From NCBI GenBank assembly GCA_036172245.1, contig JAYWIR010000001.1:11718001-11782000 (forward strand): a stretch of DNA of 64,000 nucleotides, written 5' to 3'. Below the pieces are notes generated by a model. It did no database searches. It saw only the letters and a list, made by a program, of their open reading frames with translations, and was not told the origin of the DNA. Source of the stretch: Raillietiella orientalis (lineage: Eukaryota). Of this stretch, positions 1-11,191 are shown one piece after another. Position 1 is the stretch's first letter. Each line of letters starts with the position of its first letter. The position numbers were made by a program, and so were the translations under genes.

Positions 1-849
1 AAAAATTTTTCTTTTTTTTCACGCTGCAATGAAGCAAAAAAACAACGAGCGTAGGAAAGCAGAAAGTTCCACAGAGCTTAAGATCAGAACCTTCCCGAAG
101 CGAATCCGGATACGTGAAAAAGGTTATTTAAACGAAACTGTTATGGTTTCATACTGGCAAAGGTTCAGTCCCGAGTTTACAGCAGTCTGGTTGTGTGAGA
201 ATGACGGAACTGAACTTGTAATTCGAGGACCCTGTTAGATCTTCGGAACTTTTTTTATTTTCTCTGTTGCAAGGCGGTCGCGCTTGCGCGAAGGAACTCT
301 TTGATTTTCCATGCATTGTAATCATAAGGTCCCGAAGCTGTTTTCTCTGAGGAATGATGAATAATCAAGAAACGGAATAATAGGAATCGAAAGTTGTGTC
401 TCCTCATTCGGTCTGTACATTCGCTGCATTTTTTCTTCCTTACCCTTCGAGTTCAGTTTCCGTAGAGAAAAAAAAAAAGTCTGAATGGATCATCCCACTT
501 CGTGATTCCATTGTCCAAAGACAGCACTGCAGCACCAAAAGTCCCAAGAGGTCCAATGTGCATCGAAAAATCCAAGGAAAGAAGTGTTCTGCTTGTAGCC
601 TCGGGGAAAATGCTCCCGGGATCCTGGTTTCCGTAAACAACACTGTTTCCGTGTTTGCCGGGGACCAGCCTCTCATGAATCGGTGGTGTTAAACAGCAGT
701 TAAAGATCGAGTCATTCAAAGGTCCCCTGAAAGGATCACGTTTCCTTTCGGGATCACGAAACGGCTTTCGTGCTGAGAATTTTTCAACAGCGCACACACG
801 AACCGGTCTGACGACACTTTGGATTTGGTCTCTCAAACACACGCCTAGT

Positions 850-1350
850 ATCCACCTGTGGGAGAAAACGTGCGCTGCAAGATGACGAGATCACTCCCAG
901 ATAACGAATACTGTGTTTCTGTCGGGCGTCAAACAGTCCGGGAGAATTTTAGAGCTGGCTCTTCAATAGAAGCATGCCCAGTAGCTATGGCTGCTTCCAC
1001 CGGCCTTTGAACAGAATCCCAAAGGAAAGCTTGAAAGAGCTCCTAGAACAGAAATGTATGAAATCCATTTGACAAGATGGGATGCACTTTGAGTTGGGAG
1101 AGATCGGATGTCACGAGTAGCGGAAAAACCGGGAAAGCAGCGGGAAAAGAACTTTCAATCGGTTGAAACAGCCTTTTCGCCGGGAATTTGACGTCCAGCA
1201 TCTGTACACGGAAGGGATGCGCGGCGAACGACGGGCAACCTGGCAGCTAACGTGTTTCCGAAATCCTCCGAGTGGATCGTTGGAACGAGTTGTCCAATAT
1301 ATTCAATCTGCGGATGGACCTTCGAAGACTCCAGTTTTTCCCTTTGCGGT
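850..1350 (-). mobile_element. Possible very old LINE reverse-transcriptase remnant
   Basis: Minus-strand IRYLGVI near 890-910 and ..TLAARL near 1235-1255; no continuous frame. Confidence 0.25.
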
Positions 1351-1849
1351 TGTCCAAATTTGCTTCAGCTTCGTGCACTCGTTCGCATGGTCCGCAGCTC
1401 TCGTGTGCTGCTCTTGCAGTGGTTCCAGTCCTCCGTAGCTTTCCATTTCCAGTCCAGAACGGAACGGAAGGAATCGTACTTTACGTCAAAAACTACCTAC
1501 TTTTTATAGCATTAGAACAATACATTGCCTCTTCCCGATTTGCTATCCGTTCCCATGTTGTCCATCGTCATCTGCTGACGCTCGTCGATTTTCCTTCTTC
1601 AAAGTCCTTGCTCTCTACGTAAGCAGGGTCCGTGGAAGCTTGGTCCCCCCCCCCCCCGTTCTTCGGTGCCTTGCAAGAGGGACGATTCCAGGATCTCGAG
1701 GAATCGGAAAAAGGCTGTTCTGACTCTATCTGGATCTTGAAATTCCTTGCGAAGCTGCTCTTGCGTTCTGTTTTTGCAGCATTCGTTTCTCATCCGTGCT
1801 GTCCATTCACGCAACCTCATGCAACGTCTGCCTGAACATTCGACCGGTC

Positions 1850-2412
1850 ACGCAGTTTGCAGCTTGGTATTAGGAGTCGTGGGTTCGAATCCCACCCAGG
1901 TAAAGATCGACGCCGAGAAATCGGTGTTGCGGCGCGAGCTTCGAGTTCCTCCTGCAAGATGACGTTGGTTCTCCCATTCGGTGGAAGCAGCCGGATGACC
2001 CCGCTGACTGGCCGGGACTAAAGGTGGATCCTTCGGGGTCCTTCCAGGAATCAAAGAACGCCGGTTCCCTTCGAGGTTTTCCCTCCGGAAACCTCGAAGG
2101 GAACCGTGGACCCTCCATCTCATATCATGGGGCTGGTGGACTGATGCCTCTCTAGAGTGTGAAGCAGAGCGCTGCTTCCTTCAGGAGAGAACCTTCAGAG
2201 AAAAATAGGAAGCGTCCCTTAGGGTCCTCTTCAGAGGAGGAAACAGGGAGCGGATAGCGAGAGAAGCAGACTCCCTTCCTTCAGGGCCTGGATTCATAGG
2301 ATGGTCCTTAAGGCGTTTCCCCCCATAACCCGAAGAGCCACACGTGCCCTCGGGTGGCGTGGAGGGCGTGAAAGAGCTTCCTCAGCCCCTAGGCGAACGG
2401 TTCTTCAGCACT
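1850..2412 (+). mobile_element. tRNA-derived SINE-like repeat, copy 1
   Basis: Perfect T-arm/B-box gtggg-ttcgaat-cccac at 1879-1895; the body aligns in reverse complement with 52040-52780 and 17624-17945 (shared blocks such as aagaaccgttcgc, gccacccgagggc, tatgaatcc). Confidence 0.7.
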
Positions 2413-3766
2413 TTGCAAAAAAGGAAAAGACTTCTCCTGCAAAGGCATCCTCTTTCCAGTTTCGTGCTTCGTTGACACCCCTTCCTCCTCCCATAAGTTG
2501 AACAAGCACGAGTGTGGTGCGTTTGTGTCCCGATAAGACACAAACGGTGTGCTGAGGAATCCGGTCGAGGTCTTCGTTACGTTTCGTCACCCTTTCAGGA
2601 GTAGAAATTTCCGGGTGCGGAACCCGCGCAGATCTTCCCTTTCCCTCTTCGCTTCCTGGGGAGGCAGTTGGCCAATCTCGTCAAGACAACGGCACTTCCA
2701 TGAACCCTCGGGGCGTCTCGAGTTCGACCCTGAGACCCTGAGTCTCTGAAAATCCAGAACTCCTCAACTCTGTCCCTTCGCGAGAGTTTCCGGATTCGCA
2801 GCTCGCCATTGGAAGAGCAGGAGCAATTCGACGAAAACGCGGGCGCAGCGTTCCCGTTTTGGATCCCAGAAAGTTTTCCGGGTGGACCACCACCGCAAAC
2901 TCGGAAAGAGGTTTCAGAAATTCACCCACGACTCAACCAGCTTGACCGCTGCTCGCAACCCAGTCCACAGGGTGGAGTTTCCACGCCCGCACGATTTGTA
3001 GGACCGCATGATCACCACACCAGGTGGCTGCGTTTCCATGTACGATCGGGACGTCCACCGTGCCTGATTCATTTGGTCTCTCACGTGATCTTGCTCCGGA
3101 TGGAAGACGGCGGCAGGAAGGGGAACACGAACGAAGCAGTTCATGCGAACTCTCGGGAGACCTGGCGCCACCGCACCTGTTCTCAGGTGATCCCAAATCG
3201 GAACGTGAATCACTGTGCACGCGACCACGAGGAACGATTGCTAAATTTCACCTGCGGTGCTTCCTGGAATGGGGTTCGGGAATGGGTGGCGTGCGCCTGA
3301 TAACTTACTTTCAGGTAACACCCATGTCACGCCCAGCCGCATAAATCATGGACCTGCCTCGTTTGCTGAGACGCAGAGGCAACCTCGTGCTGATGATGCT
3401 CCAGTTTTCCTCTAGTTCGAAGCGAGTGCTCAAGCAGCACCAGAGAGCCACCCGACTGCGTACACCTCCCTTTGTTCTCTCTGAGAAACTGACTAATCAT
3501 TTGGCTTACGTGTTTGCACATTGTTCTTTTCCATTTGGTGGTCTCTGCTCACCTTTTATCACCTTCGCCAAACAACAACACAGCTTTTCTTCAGCTGCTG
3601 TCACAAATGCCATCACGATGAACTCTTACCTTTTTCAATAACACACACACGCAAGAAATTCCCACCTAGGTCACAATCTGAGAACCTATATAAAATTGTC
3701 CTTATGAAACTCGGTCCAGATTGTTCAGCCTAGCGGAGCAGTAGAGTACCCGGAATCATTGGGCCT

Positions 3767-3820
3767 GTAACCTAGCCTAAAGTAACTTAACCTACCCTAC
3801 CTAGCCTAACCTAACCTAGG
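3767..3820. repeat. Degenerate (CCTAA)n / (TTAGG)n-like simple repeat
   Basis: taacctagcctaa...cctagcctaacctaacctagg. Confidence 0.6.
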
Positions 3821-4099
3821 CGCGAGAAGCTTTTCGTGTACGTGTTGCCGTCTAGTTACGGGATGAAGAGGTAACAAAGCGCTCTCACATCAGGCGTTTG
3901 CCCTACGTAGCGAACAGCGCATTGGACCTCACGGTCACAGTCTCCTAGCGAGGGTCATGAATTATGGACTGCGTCTCCTCTCTCGTCCTTCCCTAGAAAC
4001 ACAGCTCTTCCTCTCAAACATTAATATTCCGACAGTTGACCAAAAGAGTTATCGTCATTCATCTTCGCCCAGTTCCCCACTTCTGCTCGACGAAGTGTG

Positions 4100-5830
4100 A
4101 AATGCCCGTCCATCGTAGCAGTGCCTCATGGCACTGCCGAACTTTCTGAAACGTGGGTGCTCTCGATACAGAAACCTTAATCGAGGACCACCGGTCGAGC
4201 TATCGAAGGCTGCACCCAATCCCTTTGGCGAGTTCTGCCCCAAGCACGACGGGATGGACGATCGCGTGCGTCTGGGGCGAGGGAGATTTCCATCTCGTCC
4301 CGCAGCGAGGAGGACACGCTGCTTCGACGAACCGGATCGCAGCAAATTCCGCGTCAACTTGGAGGAGCGCGCACGCTGTCGTGGGCTTGAAATGCGCGTC
4401 ATGGGCAGCTCGTAGGGAAGCCGCTTTCGGGACGAATCGGGGTGGTGGAACCCGTGATGGATTCGTTTTCTCTCCTTCCCATTTGTGTTTTGTCTTTCCA
4501 GCTTTTCCCCCTTCTTGGTTGCACAATCCCTCAAGAACCCCACGGTGGAGACGGAGCGGCTCGAGAACGCCGCCACGTGGAGTGAGTCCCCCACTGCCAT
4601 TCAACCGGGGCGCTCATGGAGAGGGCAGGGCAATCCTGAAACGTGCACTGGCAACCTCTGGCTGCCGGTCAACAGGGGGACCTTCCTACCGGTATGCACA
4701 CAACCTTAGCCTGAGAACTTCAGCGTCTTCTCGCGGATGGTCTCCCTGGTTACAGGAACCCGTTCGCACATGGGCGAGGAGCCAGGAGCAACGCACGGAA
4801 CAGGGCGCCGTTCCTGTTCGTGCGCAACAACCGCTGCACGCTCTGGGAGATCCTGGAGGATTCAGAAAAAAGAGCGTGGGCAGGAAGCACTTCCCTCGCC
4901 GTAGAGCTGCCCTTCCTCAGGGAACACCCGAACAGAAGCATCACGACGAAATGGGAAGTTAAGGTGAACATCTCCGGAAGGGAGAAAGGACAGGGCGAGT
5001 GGAAGACGGGCCAGCTCACCGACGATGCGATCCCGAGTACGCCACCCCATGGACTCTTACGCTGGGACGAGCTACTGGATGTTCCGTTGGAACACCTGAA
5101 GTGGCCGCCGGTGTTCATGGCCACCTGCACCCTCCCCTTGAAGCGACAGGCGTCGGCGCTGTTGCTGCTGAGCTAGGATCTCCCGTGCAACGTCCGCCGG
5201 CATCACTGGACGCGGGGTGTGTGTGGACCCGAACTGTGTCAGGTGCGGGGAATTGGAATCCCTCCCCACCTGCTACTGGACTGTGTTGCCCTCCGGCCCC
5301 TATGGAAACGCATTATGCGTTCGAATGGGGACCAGAGTTTGGGAACGGCCCTGGGAACTCCCGGACCCAACTCCAGGCACGCTATCAAACCCCTCTTCGT
5401 TCACGACGCCCTTCGGCCAGCGGCCCCGCTAGCAGCTCTCTGCTGCCGACGCGGCATCACCGTCGCTGCCTGGAGCGACGCAACAGGACGACCGAGCGAC
5501 AGGGGTGCCTCATCCACTTCGCCGTCTGCTTCATCAGGATAGCAACGCGATGGCCCCACCTGGACAGGAGTACCCAGCAAGACCTTGCCGGCATCCTACA
5601 GAGGATGGACAGGACCTGCAGCAGCAGACAGTGACCCCTTTTTGTTTTCCTTTTTTTTCTTTTTGCTTGCCCCTTACCCTCTTCTGGCGTGGTGAACTGC
5701 ACTGGTCTGCGAACCGGTGACCAGGAAGGTCTCCAGGAAATTATGAGTGGTTGGACCCCCGGTCCAACCATAGTTTTTGAAATATGTTTGTTCCTGTAAT
5801 AACCGCACCGCCGCACCCGGGTGGAAATCG
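4100..5830 (+). mobile_element. Decayed 5'-truncated L1/Tx1-type non-LTR retrotransposon (3' part of ORF2 plus 3' UTR)
   Basis: Frameshifted C-terminal zinc motif CVRCGELES/PHLLLDC, T-rich 3' UTR; near-identical copy at 50.9-51.7 kb and a diverged copy at 6.5-8.6 kb. The 5' boundary is approximate. Confidence 0.75.
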
Positions 5831-6254
5831 CGGATGCTCTCTGAATTTACATGACGTATCCGACTCGGCGTCCCTCGACAGGAGCAGAAGGTCCGGACGT
5901 AGCCAAACGCAGCCTTGCTTCAACATGAGCATCCTGCTGGGGATGGCGGTGTCTTCCCAGAGAAAATCGAGAGATGGGAATGATCGTCTTTACCTGCACA
6001 TTTGTGTCGACTCACGTCGGCCATGACTTTTGCAGACACGCGCGCGCACTCACACGTGTGTCTAAACGTGCACGGTGAAAGAGGGAATGACAGATCATCA
6101 AACTGGTGGAAGAAGCGGAGACGGGAACGCGATGACGTTCGCGTTACTTCCTGGTTTCACGGAATTCTCCCTTCAAGGGCAGGCAACTGAAAAAACGAGA
6201 AGGTCGCTGAGAAAGAAGAGAAAATCTTTTCGTTGGCTGCATCGATTCCATTGG

Positions 6255-6540
6255 TTTCCCTACCAGCCGCACAGGGTAATGGTCCGCTTATTCAAGGATA
6301 AGAGAGTCTGGCCAACATCGCAACTACCACCACGAGGGCACGCACTTGGGATTGAAGGCCTCCACACCTCCGTCTTTCTGCCCTCAGTACAAAAAATGAC
6401 AGCACTCAATACCGGCGAAGTGGGAGTTCTGCAACATTGCAGGAGTCGAAAAACTCCTGGACGGCTGCAAGACGAGCGAGTTGGTGGACCCAGTCACTTC
6501 TCGTTTCCAGGCGACGGGATCCCTTCGGTGGAGTGAGCTG
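6255..6540 (-). mobile_element. Possible heavily deleted AP-endonuclease remnant of a LINE
   Basis: Minus-strand peptides LAAVQEF (xxxQET-like) and ADHYPV (SDHxPV-like) in different frames; much shorter than a real domain. Confidence 0.3.
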
Positions 6541-6542
6541 CT

Positions 6543-8620
6543 TGATTTTAACACCCAGTAACGTCGGAACCTTCATTATAGAAAATAAACATACATGTGT
6601 AGGGCCACCGGACCTATATTGTCCGAAAAGGCTCGGAACCTGCCGAGTAACCGGCACCCAGATCGGCGAAGTTCGTTTCGGCAGCGGAGGGCAAGAGGGC
6701 AAACAGAAATAGAAAAAAACAAAAAAAGACATACAAAAAAATTGGCAAGGTTAGGGAAGGGATCACCGGGTACTGAAAAGCGTCCTCTTCATCCTTTCCA
6801 GGATACCGGCAAGTTCCTTATGAGTATGCCCTAGGTGGGGTCATCTAGCTGCCGTCCGCAGGAAGCGCATCGCGAAACAGATGGCGTCCCCATCGCGGCG
6901 TCCTCTTCACGCGTAGCTCCAGGCCGCCACAATCCCTCGTAGGCAGTAAAGAGCTGCTAGGGATGCGGCAGGCGAGAGGGCATTGCGCACGAAGAAGCGC
7001 TTCAACACGTCCCTAGGATTGTCCTGTGATGCCCCAAGGGTCATTGCGTAATGCAACCACAGGGACCGGAGGGAAACGCAGTCTACAAGCAGGTAGGAGA
7101 GCTGGGATTCGCATTTGTCGCACCTGCAACAGTTGAGGTCCACAGCCCCTCGGGTCCAGTGAGACCAACGGGCTTGCACGGGAGACTCCAGTGCAATACT
7201 AGCAGTGCCGATTGCTGCCGCTTGAGGGGAAGCAGCTTGCTGTCCATAAACACAGGGGCAATTCCAACTCTTCGGACTGAATGGAGAAGAGTTCGCCCTA
7301 ACGTTCCAGTCCTTTGGAGGCGGTTCTTGCTGTTGCCGCGTCAGCCAGCTGACCTGTAGTCCAGCCACCGATAGGCTTCCTGCGGGCCGAGATCTCGCAG
7401 GAAACCTCCCACTTTGCCAGTAGGCAGGTGCCATGTACCTCGATAGCGGAGGACACCGCTGCGGCGAAAGGGATGGCTGGTGGGTAGGCCGACATAGTGA
7501 GCTCACTACCCACCGCCTCCAGTGTTCTTCTGCCGTTCTTCTGAAACTCTCAACAGCGGGTAGCTTCCGACGTCCTCACTTTCTCCTGCCGCCAGGACGG
7601 AGTATCTTCAGGGCGGCAGCGAATCAATGTGTTCGCTCTCACCAGAGCAGCGACACACCGGAGAGGGAAGCTGCAGAATGGGAGCCGGAGGTGGTGACAC
7701 GCAATCAGGGTTGCGAGTCCCTCGCCTCCGACCGCCAGCCTGGAGAGCAAACGTGCAGGGGCACACCAATGGGTGGCCCAGTTCTATGCCACGAAGGCCA
7801 GTCTTCGGAAACTCAACTGAACTTTCATGTGCTCCAGCGTCAGGAGTCCAAGCCCTCCTCGCGACAAGGAGCACACCAGTCTTTTAATCGGACTCGGGAC
7901 CTCCCATTGCCCCAGAGGGCTTTTCGAAGGAGGTCCTTGGTCCTTTTCACCGCACCGGGGTGGGTGGGGCAAACAAAATGCAGGGGTCGGAGGCAGGGGT
8001 CACAGAAGTGTTCCAATTGACTGCCCGTTCCAGCAACCGGAAGTTGCCTCCTTGGAACGGGCCGAGCACTGACCCCGCTTTCTGGAGGCAGTCGGACCAC
8101 GCTTCCGTAGGGGGAACGTCCCCCAACGGCACGCCGAGGTACTTGAAGTACCGAACCATGGGGACCATGGAGATTCCCAAAAGGACCCAGTCCTACTGCA
8201 CAGCCAACGTCGCGCCGACCGGACACACGCTTGACTTCTCTCTGTTCACCTCCATGCCTGTTCCTGTGCTTAGTAGCTCGAAGAACTCCTCGAGTGCGTC
8301 TGCAGGGGAAGACATGGGGAGCAGCAGCAAGAGGTCATCTGCATCGACTGACACGGCCGGCATACCGGGGCAAGAGTTCGGTAGGGAAGCCAAAGTATCC
8401 CTGTACGCCCCCAGCACCAACTCGAAGTAGGTGCTGAAGAGCAAGGGGCTGTGATGGCAACCATCTGTTGCATCCGCGACCCATAGTGACAGTCCTCCAT
8501 GTGTTGGCGTCTCGTTCGCAGCGAAGAGGGGGCCACCAGCTTGGAAGTCGCCATCAGGACGGCTGCAAGGTGGTCGGTCTCACCTGCCAGAAGTCATCAG
8601 AAAGATTGCCACCACACACA
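6543..8620 (-). mobile_element. Decayed L1/Tx1-type retrotransposon: reverse transcriptase remnant, C-terminal zinc motif and 3' UTR
   Basis: In order on the minus strand: GCHHSPLLF (QGCPLSPLLF-like), VDADDLLL (YADD), GMEVNREKS, FKYLGVPLG, ALWGNGRSRVRLKDWCAPCREEGL (FLW...P...GGLG-like), CCRCDKCESQLSYLLVDC. Many stops and frameshifts. Confidence 0.88.
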
Positions 8621-8659
8621 GTCGCTTCTAGGAAGAAAGGAACATTCGACACCAAAAAT

Positions 8660-8868
8660 TCCTGCTTCCGGGTCCCTTCTTTTTTTTTTTTTGTTTATTG
8701 TTTTCTTCCTCCCCTTTCTGACCACCCTACAAGCCGGCCTACGTACCAGTGGTCATCCCAAATGAACTTCTCCATTTCTGTGGCAACTCTTGTATTGAGG
8801 GGATACTGCTATCCTCCATCTTGTAGTTCTAAATAAACATCCCAGCGTCACCGGGTAAAATCCACTCC
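8660..8868 (+). mobile_element. Isolated 3' end of the same LINE family
   Basis: T-rich tract then aaataaac-atcccagcgtcaccgggtaaaatc, matching the termini at 5798-5829, 6544-6590 and 51638-51669. Confidence 0.5.
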
Positions 8869-9730
8869 TTTAGGAGGGGGAGGAAACTCTTCCCGCGTCT
8901 CGAACGAAGGACACAACGGTAGCCGCGTTGCTACTTACAGCGCGTTGCAAAGGGGTTCTGAAAAGGAGGGGATTCGCCAGAAGGGAGCACTTCTGGAATG
9001 GTCAAGGCAGGATGGCAGGACTAAGAATCAAGGAAAGGAATGAAAACTTTGCTCGAGGAGGAGGAAGAAAGCAAAAGGAAGGGAGGCGGAAGACAGGACC
9101 AGACAATCGCCGCTCTTCCACCCTGCTTTCCTTCTTTCACAAGAACAGAGTTGGTCGGACGCAGGAAAACATCGATCGAAAGGGTCTCCGAGTACAAAGG
9201 ACTGAAGGGGAAACCCAGGGATGCGCTCCAAATAGGGGCACAGACTAGACTGTCCCAGGACAATTTAATACCGGCTCTCAGGATGTGACCTATCTGACTG
9301 ACGCATTTTGCTTTGCGTTTTATTTCTTCTCTATCAGCTGGGATGAGCCGATGTCTTTTGGAAGGAGAGTGCATCATCTGTGCCTGTTGCTTCGCGAAGC
9401 AGAATGAATGCAGCTCCCGACTGCGGGGGATGGAGAGAAGCGGGAGTTCCGCACAACCCATGCTGCCTGGCAACCCCGCGGAAGGCGGGAAACGCCTGAA
9501 GCAGCCATTCACCCCCTACCGATGGAACGATCAGAAGAGTCTCAAGGCGGAGACCTTTGCAACCACCTCGTTTTCGTGCTCTACAAAGGACGAGGCTCTG
9601 AATGGCCGCAACCCACCTTCAACTGAAACCTGCAGCTGCTCTTCCTGGGAGTCTGGAGCCTTACTTCCGGAAGCACCTCCCTGGGAAACGCTCCCGGAAA
9701 CACTGACCACGCAATTCGCCGTTTTAGAGT

Positions 9731-9736
9731 TTTATT
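9731..9736 (-). promoter_or_regulatory. Candidate poly(A) signal AATAAA of the OtopLa-like gene
   Basis: Plus-strand tttatt about 380 nt downstream of the stop codon, at the end of an AT-richer 3' UTR-like stretch. Confidence 0.6.
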
Positions 9737-10117
9737 AAAAACGAAGCGCGACAGTTCGTGCAGCGGGAGAGCTACTGGTACAAATACACATGTACACGTA
9801 CACACAACACGGAATCTACTGAAATACCATACCAAGTGTAGGGGGTTGGCAGTGCACAAAGGGGGGGTTGGACCGAGGGAACCACACGGACGAACACGGT
9901 GGGCGGGCTTTTTTCACTTCTGTACAGTTTCCATACCTATCGGGTGTACATGAAATATACAGCTGACAGCGACAAGAACCGAACGAAGCTATACAATATC
10001 TTTCCGTGCAGACGGCTAACAGAGGGCACCGGAAGTTCACACGGTCATCTTGCATTCGACGCTTTAGCAGGCAGACGAACCGTTCGGGGCGGCGGGTCCG
10101 GCCGGGCGACGCCGCCC

Positions 10118-11191
10118 CTACGGCTCGATCGGGCGGTACGTGTTCCTCCACACCTCGGCCAGCATGGTGGCGCCGTGGAACCGGTGCAGGATGGAAAGGG
10201 GAAGGCAGAAGCGCAGGATCAGGTTCCACGGGAGCGACCCGTAGAAGTCGATCTGTACGGGGTGTGCCTCCACCTTCTGCATCTCCAGGGTGTAGAAGAT
10301 CCACAGGGCGACGTTGATCATCAGCAAGAAGGAGACCACCTGCCTGCCAGGTTTGCTGCAGTCGTGTTCCAGGAGGTGGCTCCTGCGCCGCGAAGCGTCC
10401 TTGATAAACAGCGCCTGCAGAACCACCTGCAGGATGGCCAGGACGTGGGTCACCAGCAGCAGCAGATCGGACAGGCGAAATTCGTTCCTGATGAGCGGGA
10501 CCGATGCCGCGATGACGCAGAAGCAGGAGTACAGCAGGATGCCGAATCCGGAAACGGCCAGCAGCAGGTCGTTCAGGAAATCCGCCCTGCGGATTGCGAC
10601 GAATCGGAGGTGCTGGACCCTGGCTAGACCCACCGGAATGGCCACCAGCGCGAACAGGAGGAGGCCGGCGTGGGAGCCCTCCGCCAAACACGAGGCCAGG
10701 AGGTGCAGCTCGTTGCGGCGGGACAGGACGAAGAAGGCGATCAGGCAGATGACGGCGGCCACCAGCAGGAAGAGTCCTGCGAACAGGCCCCGGCTGCTGC
10801 CGACGCAGTTGACCTTGCTGCGCTTGGGGCTGCCGACGCTCGGGTGCACCCGGAAGGTCTCCGGCTCCACGTGGCGCCACATCACGTACAGGACGGCGGC
10901 GCAGATGAGGCTGTACTCGACGATGATGGGGTACAGGTAGGGTGTGGCCTCGTCGACCACGCTGCCCATGATGTTCACGTGCCCGCAGGATGCGTTGTGC
11001 GACAGCGTGGCGTTCGCAAAGCTCCCCAGGACGAGCTGGTCCTCGGTCGGCACGGCACCGTGTTCCGCGTAGTGGTGCAGGACGTCCTTGAGCCAAAGGC
11101 GAGCCACCGTCCGGATCCACACGCAGATGTTGGTGGCCACGATGTGCATCAGCCCGAAGCGGGCAACGATCTTGAACTTGTGGATGTTCAA
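10118..11191 (-). CDS. OtopLa: OtopLa-like terminal exon (LNIHKFKIVARFGLMH...YRPIEP*)
   Basis: Acceptor ttccag|ttg at 11192-11193; 1074 nt open to TAG at 10118-10120; several hydrophobic segments and the otopetrin C-domain motifs. Confidence 0.96.
   Translation of the reverse strand: MNIHKFKIVARFGLMHIVATNICVWIRTVARLWLKDVLHHYAEHGAVPTEDQLVLGSFANATLSHNASCGHVNIMGSVVDEATPYLYPIIVEYSLICAAVLYVMWRHVEPETFRVHPSVGSPKRSKVNCVGSSRGLFAGLFLLVAAVICLIAFFVLSRRNELHLLASCLAEGSHAGLLLFALVAIPVGLARVQHLRFVAIRRADFLNDLLLAVSGFGILLYSCFCVIAASVPLIRNEFRLSDLLLLVTHVLAILQVVLQALFIKDASRRRSHLLEHDCSKPGRQVVSFLLMINVALWIFYTLEMQKVEAHPVQIDFYGSLPWNLILRFCLPLSILHRFHGATMLAEVWRNTYRPIEP

Noticed and set aside
1860..1900. Functional tRNA gene
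   Set aside because: Only the T-arm is intact; there is no acceptor, D or anticodon stem, and it heads a dispersed repeat.
3767..3820. True telomere or chromosome-fusion scar
   Set aside because: Only about 50 bp and degenerate; such CCTAA-like runs are common inside arthropod repeats.
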